Assembly: GCA_963799925.1 (NCBI GenBank)
Contig: CAWCYZ010000002.1
Location: 2,064,477-2,128,476, forward strand
From: an uncultured Acidobacteriota bacterium
GTDB taxonomy: Bacteria; Acidobacteriota; Thermoanaerobaculia; Multivoradales; UBA5704
Direction: 5' to 3'
DNA length: 64,000 nucleotides
The notes beneath the pieces are model-generated. The model had not been told where the DNA came from and did no database searches. It worked only from the letters and a program-made list of their open reading frames with translations. Shown one piece after another: positions 1 through 10,649 of this stretch. Position 1 is the stretch's first letter, and every line of letters starts with the position of its first letter. A program made the position numbers and the translations under genes.

Positions 1-1734
1 GCCGCCTTCCCCGGCGAGCGCCAGGTCGAGCCGGCCGTCGTTGTCGGCGTCGAGGGCGGCGAGGGCGGCGAACCTCGCGCCGCGGGGGAGCGGCGCCGCG
101 AGCTTCCAGGGCTCGAAGCGGCCGCCGGCGTTGTGCCAGAAGGAGAGGGCGTCGCCGCCGGCGGACAGCACGGCGAGGTCGGGCAGGCCGTCGTCGTCCA
201 AGTCCGCGGCGACCACCGCCCGCGCCGGCCCCACCCGGCCCAGACCCGAGGCGGCGGTGCGGTCGGCGAAGCGGCCCTGGCGGAGGTTCTCGAGCCAGAG
301 GAGGCCGCCGTCGTGCGCCACCAGGAGATCCAGGTCGCCGTCGCGGTCGAGGTCGGAGGCCACGAGCTGGAAGACGGCCCGCCCGGCGAGGCCCGGCAGC
401 GGCGGGAAGGGCTTGCCGTCGACCGGCTCGAGCGGCCCGCTGCCGGGGTTGCGCAGGAGCTCGATGCCGCGCCCGCGGCCGGCGACCGCGAGGTCGAGGT
501 CGCCGTCGACGTCGAAGTCGAAGGGGACGACGGCGCTCGCGGCGCCGCGCGCCGCTGCGGCCGCTGCCGCCGCGCCAGGCGCCCCTCCCGGCGCTGCCGC
601 CGCGATCGCCGGCGCCCGGACGAAGCCGCCCTTGCCGTCTCCCTTCCAGAAGGCGATCCCGCCGGGGCCGTAGCCCACGAGGTCGGCCGCGCCGTCGTTG
701 TCGAGGTCGACGGCTAGGAGCCGCTCGATCCCCGGCGCGGGGGCGATGGCCGCGGCCTTGCCGCCGGCCGCCGCGAGGCGGACCTCGAGAGATGGCGGGG
801 TGCCGGGCGCGCCGGCGCGGAGGCGCGCGACGTCCATCCGGCCGTCGCCGTCGAAGTCGGCCACGGCGAGCGCGGCGCCGGCCGAGGCGGTCGCGTCCAG
901 GCGCTCGCCGCGGAAGGAGACCGCGAGCGGCGGGCCCCACTCGGCCGGCGGCGGCTCCGCCCGGAAGCGGACGACCGGCACCCCCAGGATGCTCCGCGTC
1001 AGCTCGCGCTGGCTCCCCTGGTACATCGGGGTGACCTTGAGGACGTTCTCGAGACGGAGGGCGGGCACGCGGGCGGCGGCGGCGTCGCCGCGCTCGAGCG
1101 CCGCCAGCACCTCGGCGAGCCCGGCGGCGGCGGCGGCCGGCGGCGCCCAGAGGATCTCGCGCACCCGCAGGTAGGCGGCGGTGGCGCCGGCCCGGTCGCC
1201 CGCCGCGATCGCCCGGCCCCCCGCCTGGAGGAGGACGACCAGGTTCTCCGGCCGCAGCTCGACGAGCCGCCCGAGGGCCCGCGCGGCGAGGGCCCGCGCC
1301 GGCTCGTCGGCGCCGCGCGCCGAGGCCTGCCGGTATGCTGCATAGAGGATCTCCGGGTCGTCCGGAGCGGCCCGCATCGCCTGCCCGAGGGTGGTCAGGG
1401 CCTCGTCCTCCCTGCCGCTCCAGGCGAGCACCTCGCCCCGGATCGCCAGCAGGTCGGCCCGGCCGGGGGCCTTGCCGAGCGCCCGGTCGATGGCGGCGAG
1501 CGCCGCCTCGCCCTTCTGCTGGCGGAGGAGGGCGACGGCGAGATCGGCGTCGGGGAGCGGGTCGTCGGGGGCGAGCCGGGCGAGCGCCTGGAAGGCCGCC
1601 TCGGCCTCGGCCGGGCGCTCGTTCTCGAGCTCGGCCAGGCCGCGCCAGCGGAGATCGGCGGCGCGGTCCGGCACGGCGGCGAGGAGGAGGAGCGACAGGG
1701 CGGCCCAGGAGAGCGGCCCGCGGAACCGGCGCAT
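1..1734 (-). CDS. Secreted TPR + FG-GAP/VCBS repeat protein (CRTAC1/ASPIC-UnbV-like), runs off the left edge of the window
   Basis: Manual minus-strand translation from ATG 1734: signal-like MRRFRGPLSWAALSLLLLAA, TPR-like helices (AEAEAAFQALARLAPDDP), then repeated ADFDGDGRMD / DFDVDGDLDL / DLDRDGDLDL motifs. Absent from the ORF track because there is no stop inside the window. Confidence 0.8.
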   Translation of the reverse strand, partial: MRRFRGPLSWAALSLLLLAAVPDRAADLRWRGLAELENERPAEAEAAFQALARLAPDDPLPDADLAVALLRQQKGEAALAAIDRALGKAPGRADLLAIRGEVLAWSGREDEALTTLGQAMRAAPDDPEILYAAYRQASARGADEPARALAARALGRLVELRPENLVVLLQAGGRAIAAGDRAGATAAYLRVREILWAPPAAAAAGLAEVLAALERGDAAAARVPALRLENVLKVTPMYQGSQRELTRSILGVPVVRFRAEPPPAEWGPPLAVSFRGERLDATASAGAALAVADFDGDGRMDVARLRAGAPGTPPSLEVRLAAAGGKAAAIAPAPGIERLLAVDLDNDGAADLVGYGPGGIAFWKGDGKGGFVRAPAIAAAAPGGAPGAAAAAAAARGAASAVVPFDFDVDGDLDLAVAGRGRGIELLRNPGSGPLEPVDGKPFPPLPGLAGRAVFQLVASDLDRDGDLDLLVAHDGGLLWLENLRQGRFADRTAASGLGRVGPARAVVAADLDDDGLPDLAVLSAGGDALSFWHNAGGRFEPWKLAAPLPRGARFAALAALDADNDGRLDLALAGEGG

Positions 1735-1823
1735 GGGCGGCTATTCTAGCGGCCGGGCTCGCCGGTCGACAGGGCGTTCCTCGCCGCCGTCGATTCCCCG
1801 CGGCGTGCTAGCCTTCCGCCTCG

Positions 1824-2330
1824 ATGAGCGTCGAGGAGCACCGGCGGGCGGCCCCCGCGACTCTCGGCTTCGCCGTCGTCACGGTGAGCGACAGCCGCAC
1901 CGCGCAGGACGATGCGAGCGGCGCCGCGATCCGCCGCCTGGCCACCGAGGCCGGCCACCATCTGGAGATGTCGACGCTGATCCCGGACGACGTGGCCGCC
2001 ATCCGCCGCGCCCTGGTGCAGATCCTGGCGACGCCGGGCGTCGACGTCGTGGTGGTGACGGGCGGCACCGGCTTCGCGCCGCGCGACCTCACGATCGACG
2101 CCGCGACGCCCCTCTTCGAGCGCCCGATCGAAGGGTTCGGCGAGCTCTTCCGGATGCTCTCCTTCCGCCAGGTGGGGGCCGCGGCGATGCTCTCGCGCGC
2201 CGCCGCCGGGCTCGCCTTCGGCCGCGCCGTCTTCCTGCTGCCGGGCTCGCCCAAGGCGGTCGCCCTGGCGATGGAGGAGCTGATCCTCCCCGAGGCGGCG
2301 CACCTCGTCGCCCAGGCCCGCAGGGCCTAG
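1824..2330 (+). CDS. moaB: Molybdenum cofactor biosynthesis protein MoaB/MogA
   Basis: VVTVSDSR...DDASG, VTGGTGFAPRDLT, GFGELFR, AMLSRA and LPGSPKAV motifs. Confidence 0.9.
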   Translation: MSVEEHRRAAPATLGFAVVTVSDSRTAQDDASGAAIRRLATEAGHHLEMSTLIPDDVAAIRRALVQILATPGVDVVVVTGGTGFAPRDLTIDAATPLFERPIEGFGELFRMLSFRQVGAAAMLSRAAAGLAFGRAVFLLPGSPKAVALAMEELILPEAAHLVAQARRA

Positions 2331-2335
2331 CGGCT

Positions 2336-2593
2336 CTAGACCCTTCGCCCGGTCACCAGCCGCCAGACGATCAGCAGCAGGACCGCGCCCAGGATGGCGA
2401 TGCCCAAGCTCCGCCAGTCGAAGCCGGAGATGCCGCCGAAGCCGAGCGCCGTGGCGAGGAAGCCGCCGAGCAGCGCGCCCACCACTCCGATGATGACGGT
2501 GATGATGCAGCCGCCTGGATCGCGCCCCGGCACCAGCAGCTTGGCGACGATGCCCGCGATCAAACCGAGGACGATCCACGAGATGAGTCCCAT
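2336..2593 (-). CDS. GlsB/YeaQ/YmgE family (transglycosylase-associated) membrane protein
   Basis: MGLISWIVLGLIAGIVAKLLVPGRDPGGCIITVIIGVVGALLGG family signature at the C-terminal end of ORF 2336..5209. Confidence 0.9.
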   Translation of the reverse strand: MGLISWIVLGLIAGIVAKLLVPGRDPGGCIITVIIGVVGALLGGFLATALGFGGISGFDWRSLGIAILGAVLLLIVWRLVTGRRV

Positions 2594-2667
2594 GCTCCCA
2601 GCCATCTCCCTCCTCCCTTTCCGCCGCCTGAAGGCCGCCGAGCGACCGCTCTGCTGGCGAAGGATTT

Positions 2668-2683
2668 TGCCAGACCCGTGCCA
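2668..2683 (-). promoter_or_regulatory. Candidate sigma-54 (-24/-12) promoter for the GlsB/YeaQ gene
   Basis: Minus strand TGGCAC-GGGTC-TGGCA; GG and GC correctly spaced, one mismatch to TTGC. Confidence 0.45.
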
Positions 2684-2700
2684 GATACAATGCCCCCGCC

Positions 2701-5356
2701 ATGGCTGACCTGTTCCCGGCGCCCCCGCCGCGCCCGCGCCTCTATCCTGATCGACGGCTACTCGAACATCTTCCGCGCCTTCTATGCCATCCGCAACCTG
2801 TCGAACTCGCGCGGCGAGCCGACCAACGCCGTCTACGGGTTCGTGACCATGCTGCGCAAGCTCCTGCGCGAGGAGAACCCGGAGCTCGTCGGGGTGGCGC
2901 TCGAGGGGGGCGGCGAGCGGGTGCGGACGGCGCGCTTCGCCGAGTACAAGGCGAACCGCGCGCCGATGCCCGAGGACCTGGCCGGCCAGATCCCGTGGAT
3001 CCGCCAGATCCTCGAGGCGCAGCACATCCCGATGCTCCAGGTCGAGCGCTACGAGGCGGACGACGTCCTGGGGACGCTCGCCCGCCAGGCCGCCGACGCC
3101 GACTACGACGTCGTCATCGTCTCGGCCGACAAGGACCTGATGCAGCTGGTGACCGACCGCGTGTCGCTCTACCACACGGGCCGCGGCAAGCTCATGGGCC
3201 CCGCCGACGTCGAGGCGGACTTCGGCGTGCCGCCGCGGAAGGTCCCCGACGTCCTGGCGCTCATGGGCGACTCGATCGACAACATCCCCGGCGTCCCCGG
3301 CATCGGCGACAAGGGCGCCAGGGCGCTGATCGGCGAGTACGGCTCGCTCGAGGAGCTCCTCGACCGCGCCGCCGAGGTCAGCCGCAAGAGCTACCGGGAG
3401 GGGCTCCTCGCCCACCGCGAGCAGGCGATCCTGTCGAAGGAGCTGTCGACCATCCATTGCGACCTGCCGATCGAGCTCGACGCGCGGGCGCTGCGGCGCG
3501 AGCCGCCGGACCCCAAGGCCCTCCGCGAGCTCTATACCCGCCTCGAGTTCTTCTCGCTCGCCGACGAGCTCAAGGCCGAGGGCGGTCCCGCCGAGGCGCT
3601 GCCGCTGGCGGTCGAGGCCGAGACCCCGGAGGCATGGCGCGCGGCGACCGCGAGCCTCGCCGGCGACGTCTACGTCGCCCTGCTCGGCGAGGAGCGTCCC
3701 CTCGGTCTCGCCGTGGCCGCGGCGGACGGCACGATCGTCTACGCCGACTTCCGCCGCCCCGCCCTCGCGGCGGCCGCCCTCGTCAGCCTGAACGCCTGGA
3801 TCGCCGACTCCCAGATGCGCCTCGCCGGCCACAACCTCAAGGAGGTGCTCCGCCTCTGCGCCCACGACGGCGGCTGCAGCGCCGCCCTCTTCGACGCGAT
3901 GCTCGCCTCCTATCTCCTGAAGCCCTCGATCCATGGCCACAGCCTGGACGAGATGGCGCTCGAGCGGCTCGACAGGAAGGCCCTGGCACCCCGCGAGGTG
4001 GGCTGGGACCACGGCCAGGAGCCGGCGCTGGCCGATCCGCGGCTCGCCGCCTACGCCGGCGAGCGGGTCGCCCTGGCGCGCGCCATGGCGAAGGCGATCG
4101 AGAGCGAGCTCGCGGCGGCCGGCGCGCTCGCCCAGGTCTACGCGGAGATCGAGCTGCCGCTGACGCCGGTGCTCCTCAAGATGGAGGAGACCGGCATCCT
4201 CCTCGACGTCGACTACCTGACCGGGATGTCGGCCGAGCTGGGGCGCGAGATCGACCAGCTCGAGGAGGACATCTACCTCCAGGCCGGCGAGCGCTTCAAC
4301 CTCAACTCGCCGCAGCAGCTCGGCGTCATCCTGTTCGAGAAGCTCGGGCTGCCGGTCCTGAAGCGCACCCAGAAGACGCGGAGCTACTCGACCGGGGCGG
4401 AGACCCTGGAGGAGCTCGCGGCGCGGGGGTACCCGATCGCCGAGCTGCTGCTGCGCTGGCGCGAGCTCACCAAGCTCAAGTCGACCTACGTCGACGCGCT
4501 CCCCTCGCTGGTCGGCCCCGACCACCGCCTCCACACCCGCTTCCAGCAGGCGGTGGCGGCGACGGGGCGGCTCTCCTCGGTCAACCCGAACCTGCAGAAC
4601 ATCCCCATCCGCACCGAGCTCGGCCAGCGCATCCGCCGCGCCTTCGTGGCGCCGCCCGGCCGCGTCCTCCTGGTCGCCGACTACAGCCAGATCGAGCTGC
4701 GCGTGCTCGCCCACATCGCCGCCGAGCAGGCGCTCGTCGACGCCTTCGCCGCCGGCGAGGACATCCACCGCTCGACCGCGGCGACGGTCTTCAACGTCGC
4801 GCCGCCGCTGGTCACGCCGGATCAGCGCCGCGCCGCCAAGGTGATCAACTTCGGCATCCTCTACGGGATGAGCGCCTTCGGCCTGGCGCAGAACCTGGGC
4901 ATCCCGCAGAAGGAGGCCGAGGCGTTCATCCGCGCCTACCTCGACCGCTATCCGGGGGTGAAGCGCTACGTCGAGGAGACGCAGGCGAGCGCCGAGCGCG
5001 AGGGCAAGGTCGAGACGCTCTACGGGCGGGTGCGCTGGCTGCCCGACATCCAGAGCAAGAACCGCAACCTGCGCGAGAACGCCCGCCGCATGGCGATCAA
5101 CGCCCGCATCCAGGGCACCGCCGCCGACCTCCTGAAGAAGGCCATGCTCGCCGTCGACCGCCGCCTTTCCCGCGAGCATCCGGAGGCGAAGCTCCTCTTG
5201 ACCGTGCACGACGAGCTGGTCTTCGAGGTGCCGGAAGCCGAGGCCGAAGCCGTCGCCCGCCTCGCCCGCGAGGAGATGGAAGGCGTCGCCCAGCTCGCCG
5301 TCCCCTTGAAGGTCGAGGTCGGCTGGGGCAAGAGCTGGTACGAGGCGAAGGCGTAG
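2701..5356 (+). CDS. polA: DNA polymerase I (single-base frameshift near 2747, probably an assembly error)
   Basis: ATG 2701 MADLFPAPPPRPRLY joins LIDGYSNIFRAFYA after one extra C; 5'-3' exonuclease motifs (YEADDV, MGDSIDNIPGVPGIG) and polymerase motifs (DYSQIELR, KVINFGILYG, VHDEL). Confidence 0.95.
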
Positions 5357-5381
5357 GGTCAGCCTCTCCTCACCCCGAGTA

Positions 5382-6768
5382 CTACCCCGCGTACTTGAAC
5401 GCCGGACCGAGCTTCCTCGCGATGCGGTCGCGGATCCAGTGCGGGTCCCAGAACTCGACCGGGTTGACCGGCAGGCCGTCCAGGAGCAGGGTGAAGTGGA
5501 GGTGGTCGCCGCCGGCGAGGCCGGTCTGGCCCGAGCGGCCGAGCTCCTGGCTGCGCTCGACCGTGCTGCCCCTCGCGGACGCCGAGCGAGGAGAGGTGGC
5601 CGTAGAGGCTCATCAGGCCGTAGCCGTGGTCGATGACGACCGCGTTGCCGTAGATCCCGAAGAAGCGGGCGAGGAGGACGACGCCGCGGTTCGAGGCGAG
5701 CACGGCGTCGCGCTGCACCGAGGCCATGTCGAAGCCGAGGTGGGTCTGCTGGTCGACCGACTTCCCCTGGTAGACGTAGGTCCGGCGCTGGGCGAAGGCG
5801 GCGGTGATCTTGGCGTTGCGCATGGGGAGGAAAGGCTGGGTCCAGAGGAACGCGTGGGCCGACTTCGCCGCCAGGTCCTTCAGGTACTGGGCTTCCTTCT
5901 GGCGCAGGTCGCCGTTGATCTCGAGGAAGTTCTTGAGCACGTCCCCCTGGTCGCGCACCTCGGGGGTCTGCGACATGATCTCCGGCACGACCTTGTTGAG
6001 GAACGCGTCGGTGAGCTGGATGGTGTCGACCTTGATCGGCTTGGGGAAGAACTGGTCGACGAAGGAGATCGCCGCCTCGTTGCCCACGTCGTCGGCCGCC
6101 ACCAGCTTGACCGCCGAGGCGTCGCCGGTGTCCCAGGGCACCGCGTAGAAGGCGAAGCGCTGATGGGGATCGGGATTGCCCGGCAGCGGGAAGCCGGGGA
6201 AGAACCAGGTGCCCGAGCGCACGCCGTCGCGGATGGCGCTATCGCCCACCCGGTAGACGACCACCTCGCAGCCTCCCTGGGCGACGTAATGCTGGGTCGA
6301 GACGAGCCCCAGGGTCGGCGGCGCCAGGCGCACCGGCAGCTTCACCTCGGCGATCGCGGGCTCCGGCCGGCGCAGCCAGCTCCCCGCCCGCTCGGCGGTC
6401 GCCCGCACCGTCGCCTCGCCGCTGCGCAGACCCTTGACCGTGTCGCGCCCGACGTCGACCGTCAGCTCGCCGGCGGCGGCCTTCTTCCAGAACGCCCATG
6501 CCGGGTGGGTCGCGAAGCTCTTCTCGCCGACCGGCGTCACGTCCGCCCCCTGCACCAGCTCGACCCGCAGCTTCTCGACCCGGCCGGTGTCGCCGAGCCG
6601 CACGGTGATCGGCGTGCGGCGGCCGATCCCCTTGGCGGCGGGCTTGATCTCGACGCTGGGCGGCCCGCCCACCCAGAACGTGGTCACCACGGCGACCACG
6701 ACGATCACCAGCGCGGCGGCGAGCAGCACGCGCAAGAAACATCCCCCCGGATTGCGCTCTTGAACCAT
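5382..6768 (-). CDS. M23 family metallopeptidase with N-terminal membrane anchor (frameshift near 5570)
   Basis: HLGFDMA, YGNAVVIDHG, SLYGHLS; after a +1 shift it continues TVERSQELGRSGQTGLAGGDHLHF...KYAG* with TAG at 5382-5384. Confidence 0.85.
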
Positions 6769-6863
6769 GGGCTACCTCTCTTGGATGGAATCAGCGCGGG
6801 CGGTTCGCCTCGCGGCACGGCGGCGGGGCGAGAGCATACCCCAGGGCAGGCCGCCGGCCGGCG

Positions 6864-7406
6864 CTACGTCTGCCGCCCGCGGAGGATCTCGCGCTGGGCG
6901 GAGTAGGGAGCGCGGGCGGCGTCGAACTCGGCGGGGGTCAGGGTGAGCTCGCTCGCGATCTGCCGGATCACGGTCTCCTCGGCGCCGGCGATCGAGCCGT
7001 CCGCGGCGGCGACCGCGAAGAGGCAGGAGAGGAGCTCCAGGCGCTCCTCGCGGCTGGCGATCTCCTTGAACTCGCGCGTGACGAGGAAGTTCTCGGTGCC
7101 GCCGAAGAGGCGGTTCTGGCTCTTCGCGATCTGCACCGCCAGCACCGCCTGCTCCTCGGGGAGGCGCGCCTGCTCGATCAGGATGCGCTCCATGGCGCGG
7201 GTCTCGGAGTCGGTGATCTCGAGATCGGCGTTGGCGACGCGGGAGAGGATGAAGGCGAAGGCGGCGACCCAGCGCGCCCGCTCGCGCGGCAGGGCGTCGA
7301 GCTGGCGGACGATCTTGCGCACCGTCTCGGTCTGCCCCTCGGAGCCCCGGCCCTCTCCCGCCCCCTCTCCCGAACGATGGCCCAGCAGCCGGTCGAGGAT
7401 CGACAT
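6864..7406 (-). CDS. TerB family / DjlA N-terminal-like protein
   Basis: VANADLEITDSE and LFAVAAADGSIAGAEETVIRQIASEL repeats typical of TerB. Confidence 0.8.
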   Translation of the reverse strand: MSILDRLLGHRSGEGAGEGRGSEGQTETVRKIVRQLDALPRERARWVAAFAFILSRVANADLEITDSETRAMERILIEQARLPEEQAVLAVQIAKSQNRLFGGTENFLVTREFKEIASREERLELLSCLFAVAAADGSIAGAEETVIRQIASELTLTPAEFDAARAPYSAQREILRGRQT

Positions 7407-7460
7407 GCCGTCGATCGTAGCACGCCGGTTTTCGCTTTCCAGCGACCCTCGCCGGCTCTC

Positions 7461-7476
7461 CGGCAACGCTTTTGCA
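7461..7476 (+). promoter_or_regulatory. Candidate sigma-54 promoter for the RRM protein gene
   Basis: CGGC-AACGCTT-TTGCA with exact -24/-12 spacing, about 38 bp upstream of ATG 7514. Confidence 0.55.
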
Positions 7477-7513
7477 GAGCGAAACACCCGGACGCAGCGC
7501 AAAGGAGACATGG

Positions 7514-7864
7514 ATGAATCTCTATGTAGGCAACCTCTCGTACCGACTCACCGAGGACGAACTCAAGGAGGCTTTCGAAGAGTTCGGCCAGGTGTCCTCC
7601 TGTACCATCATCAAGGACAGGGTCACCGGCGAGTCCAAGGGCTTCGGCTTCCTCGAGATGCCGGAGAAATCGGAGGCGGAGGCCGCGATCAGCGGGCTCA
7701 ATGGGCGGGATCTCAAGGGCCGCAAGTTGAACGTGAACGAGGCGCGTCCGCGCGAGAACCGCCCGAACGGCGGCGGCGGGGGTGGTGGCGGCATGGGCGG
7801 TGGCCGGCGGGAGGGCCGGGGCGGTATGGGCGGCGGCATGGGCGGCGGCGGCGGCCGCTGGTGA
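7514..7864 (+). CDS. RRM-domain RNA-binding protein with Gly-rich tail
   Basis: RNP2 LYVGNL, RNP1 KGFGFLEM, LNVNEARPR; RBS AAGGAG upstream. Confidence 0.95.
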   Translation: MNLYVGNLSYRLTEDELKEAFEEFGQVSSCTIIKDRVTGESKGFGFLEMPEKSEAEAAISGLNGRDLKGRKLNVNEARPRENRPNGGGGGGGGMGGGRREGRGGMGGGMGGGGGRW

Positions 7865-7931
7865 GCCCGGCGGCCGCCGCGCGAGGACGTTCCGCCGCGA
7901 GCTGCGCCGGGCGCCTGCCGCCTCACGCCGC

Positions 7932-8783
7932 CTAGCGCGCCGTCTCGTCGATGCGGATCCCGCCGTTGGTGGTCGAGATCTCGATGTGGGCGCCGCCGCC
8001 GTTCAGGTCGCCCGTGAGGTGCCGCGCCGCGCGGCCGCGGGAGGCGAGGGGGAGGGGGCTCTCGATCTCGCCGTTGACCGACCGCGCGTCGAGCGAGGCG
8101 CGGACGTCGCGCGGCAGGTGGACGGTGATGGCGCCGTTGGTGCTCGCGAGGGTCGTCGCCTCCGCGGCGCCGACGCTCGCCAGGGCGACCTCGATCTCTC
8201 CGTTGGTGGTGCTGGCGCGCACGCCGCCCGCGGCCCCGGCGACGTCGATGGCGCCGTTGGTGCTCGCCAGGTCGAGCCGGCCGTGGACGTCGGTCGCCCG
8301 CAGGGCGCCGTTGACCGTCCGCAGATGGGCGGCGCCGTCGGTGCCGCGCGCGGCGAGCGACCCGTTGACCGTCGCGACCCGCAGGCGAACCCTCCGCGGC
8401 ACGTCGATGCGGTAGGTGACGCTCACCTCGCTCCCACCCCCCGAGAGGAAGTCGAAGAAGCCGCCGCCTCCCTGGCGCGGATAGCGCGTCTCGACCTTGA
8501 CCTCGGCCGGGCCGGGGGTGACGCGGATCTCGAGCGCCGCCAGGAGCTCCTTGGCGCGTGCCTCGCTCCCGGCCTTGACGTGCTTGACGGCGTTCACCCG
8601 CACCTCGGGACGGTCCCAGGGAGCGACGGCGACGTCGCCGTTGACGTTGTCGAGGGCGAAGACGCCCCCCGGCGGCAGCGGATAGGCGTGCTCGAAGCGC
8701 TCCTCGAGGGTGGCTGCCTGGCCCGTGCGGGCGGCGGCGGCGACGAGGACGAAAACCAGGGCTCTGAGGGCGGTGCGTGGCAT
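7932..8783 (-). CDS. DUF4097 family beta-strand repeat (putative adhesin) protein
   Basis: Signal peptide and repeated xSTxNGxI units (TVNGSL, STNGAI, TTNGEI, SVNGEI). Confidence 0.85.
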   Translation of the reverse strand: MPRTALRALVFVLVAAAARTGQAATLEERFEHAYPLPPGGVFALDNVNGDVAVAPWDRPEVRVNAVKHVKAGSEARAKELLAALEIRVTPGPAEVKVETRYPRQGGGGFFDFLSGGGSEVSVTYRIDVPRRVRLRVATVNGSLAARGTDGAAHLRTVNGALRATDVHGRLDLASTNGAIDVAGAAGGVRASTTNGEIEVALASVGAAEATTLASTNGAITVHLPRDVRASLDARSVNGEIESPLPLASRGRAARHLTGDLNGGGAHIEISTTNGGIRIDETAR

Positions 8784-8876
8784 GGGGCTCGCCTCCTTTC
8801 GCCTCCCCCTACGCCGGGCGGCGCCAAAAGGTTGCGCCGGGCGAAACATACCGGGCGGCGCGCGAGGTTATAGCCT

Positions 8877-10490
8877 GTGCGAGGAGGAGCCGAATTGCCC
8901 GGACGGCAGATCACCGACGACCTGGAGCTGCTGCTCGACGTCATGCCCCCGCACCTCGAGCGGGCGCTCGGGGAGCGGCTGGGGGGCGAGCCGCTGATCG
9001 AGGTGGTGCTCGACCTCGGGCGCCTGCCCGAGGCGCGCTTCCCGGAGCGCGGCGAGGACCTCTGCGCCGAGCCGGTCACCCGTCAGGACATCGCCCACGT
9101 CGTCGAGCGGATCGGCCGCTTCGGCAAGGACAATCGAGCGGGGATCGAGCGCACCCTTCACCGCATCTCGGCGATGCGCAACCGCGTCGGCGAGATCGTC
9201 GGCCTCACCTGCCGGGTGGGCCGCGCCGTCTTCGGCACCGTCGACATCCTGCGCGACGTCATCGAGGCCGGCGAGTCGATCCTCCTCCTCGGCCGCCCCG
9301 GGGTGGGCAAGACGACCCTCCTGCGCGAGGCGGCGCGGGTGATCGCCGACGAGCTCGGGCAGCGGGTCATCGTCGTCGACACCTCGAACGAGATCGCCGG
9401 CGACGGCGACATCCCCCATCCGGGCATCGGGCGCGCCCGGCGCATGCAGGTCCCCTCGCCCGACCTCCAGCACGCGGTGATGATCGAGGCGGTCGAGAAC
9501 CACATGCCGCAGGTGATCGTCATCGACGAGATCGGCACCACCGCCGAGGCGCTGGCGGCGCGGACGATCGCCGAGCGCGGCGTGCAGCTCATCGCCACCG
9601 CGCACGGCAACAGCCTCGACAACCTGCTGCGCAATCCCACCCTCTCGGACCTCGTCGGGGGCATCCAGGCGGTGACCCTCTCGGACGAGGAGGCGCGGCG
9701 GCGCGGCACCCAGAAGACCGTCCTCGAGCGCAAGGCGCCGCCCACCTTCGACGTGGTGATCGAGATCCAGGACCAGAGCACGCTCGCCGTCCACCACGAC
9801 GTCGCCGAGGTGGTCGACCGGTTCCTGCGCGAGATCCCGCTGCGCCCGGAGATCCGGGTGCGCACGGAGGGGGGCGGGGTGGAGATCCGGCGGCCGGCGA
9901 ACGGGCAGGCGGCGCGTTCGATGTCGGCGCCCGCCGCGGCGCCGCGCAACGGCGCCTCGGCGGGCGGCGGTATGCCGGGCGACGCGGGCGAGGCGCCGCC
10001 GGCGGGCATCGCCGCTCGGCCGCCGCTGCGCGGGCGGACGGTCCGCATCTTTCCCTACGCCGTGGCGCGCGCCAAGCTCGAGCGCGCGCTGCGCAAGTTC
10101 CGCGTCCCGGCCTACCTCGTCGAGGACCCCGACGAGGCCGACATGATGGTGACCCTGAAGTCGCAGGAGCGCCGGCAGTCGCACAAGGTGCGCGACGCGT
10201 CGGCGCGCGGCGTGCCGATCCACATCGTGCGCAGCAACACGGTCACCCAGATGGAGAGCTTCGTGCGCGCGGTCTTCGGCGTCGGCGACGCGCTCGCCGG
10301 CGACGAGGCGGCGCTGCGCGAGGTCGAGGAGGCGATCGGGGAGATCCGTGAGGACGGCCAGCCGGTCGAGCTCTCGCCGCGCAACAACTACCTCCGCCGC
10401 CTGCAGCACGAGATGGCCGGCCGCGAGGGCCTGGTCTCGGAAAGCCGGGGCGAAGAGCCCTACCGGCGGGTGGTGATCTTTCCCAGCTGA
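8877..10490 (+). CDS. Ycf45/SpoIIIAA-like AAA+ ATPase with C-terminal R3H domain
   Basis: [37 protein letters not shown]; C-terminal RRLQHEMA R3H motif; start codon uncertain. Confidence 0.88.
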   Translation: MRGGAELPGRQITDDLELLLDVMPPHLERALGERLGGEPLIEVVLDLGRLPEARFPERGEDLCAEPVTRQDIAHVVERIGRFGKDNRAGIERTLHRISAMRNRVGEIVGLTCRVGRAVFGTVDILRDVIEAGESILLLGRPGVGKTTLLREAARVIADELGQRVIVVDTSNEIAGDGDIPHPGIGRARRMQVPSPDLQHAVMIEAVENHMPQVIVIDEIGTTAEALAARTIAERGVQLIATAHGNSLDNLLRNPTLSDLVGGIQAVTLSDEEARRRGTQKTVLERKAPPTFDVVIEIQDQSTLAVHHDVAEVVDRFLREIPLRPEIRVRTEGGGVEIRRPANGQAARSMSAPAAAPRNGASAGGGMPGDAGEAPPAGIAARPPLRGRTVRIFPYAVARAKLERALRKFRVPAYLVEDPDEADMMVTLKSQERRQSHKVRDASARGVPIHIVRSNTVTQMESFVRAVFGVGDALAGDEAALREVEEAIGEIREDGQPVELSPRNNYLRRLQHEMAGREGLVSESRGEEPYRRVVIFPS

Positions 10491-10518
10491 TCTTTCCCGG
10501 TTGATCTTTCCCGGTTGA
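10474..10518 (+). repeat. Three tandem 14-bp copies of the gene 3' end
   Basis: TGATCTTTCCCAGC TGATCTTTCCCGGT TGATCTTTCCCGGT TGA. Confidence 0.85.
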
Positions 10519-10555
10519 GGGCGGAGCCTCCGGCCGGATCGCCGACCGGATCCTC

Positions 10556-10571
10556 TGGCTTGGGAGTTGCA
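10556..10571 (+). promoter_or_regulatory. Candidate sigma-54 promoter for the L,D-transpeptidase/M23 operon
   Basis: TGGC-TTGGGAG-TTGCA with exact -24/-12 spacing. Confidence 0.6.
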
Positions 10572-10649
10572 GTTTCCGGGCGGCGAGCGGACTTCCGTCC
10601 AGCTCGCACACCTGACGGGCTCGGCCTTGCGCCGGGTCGTGGAGATGGC

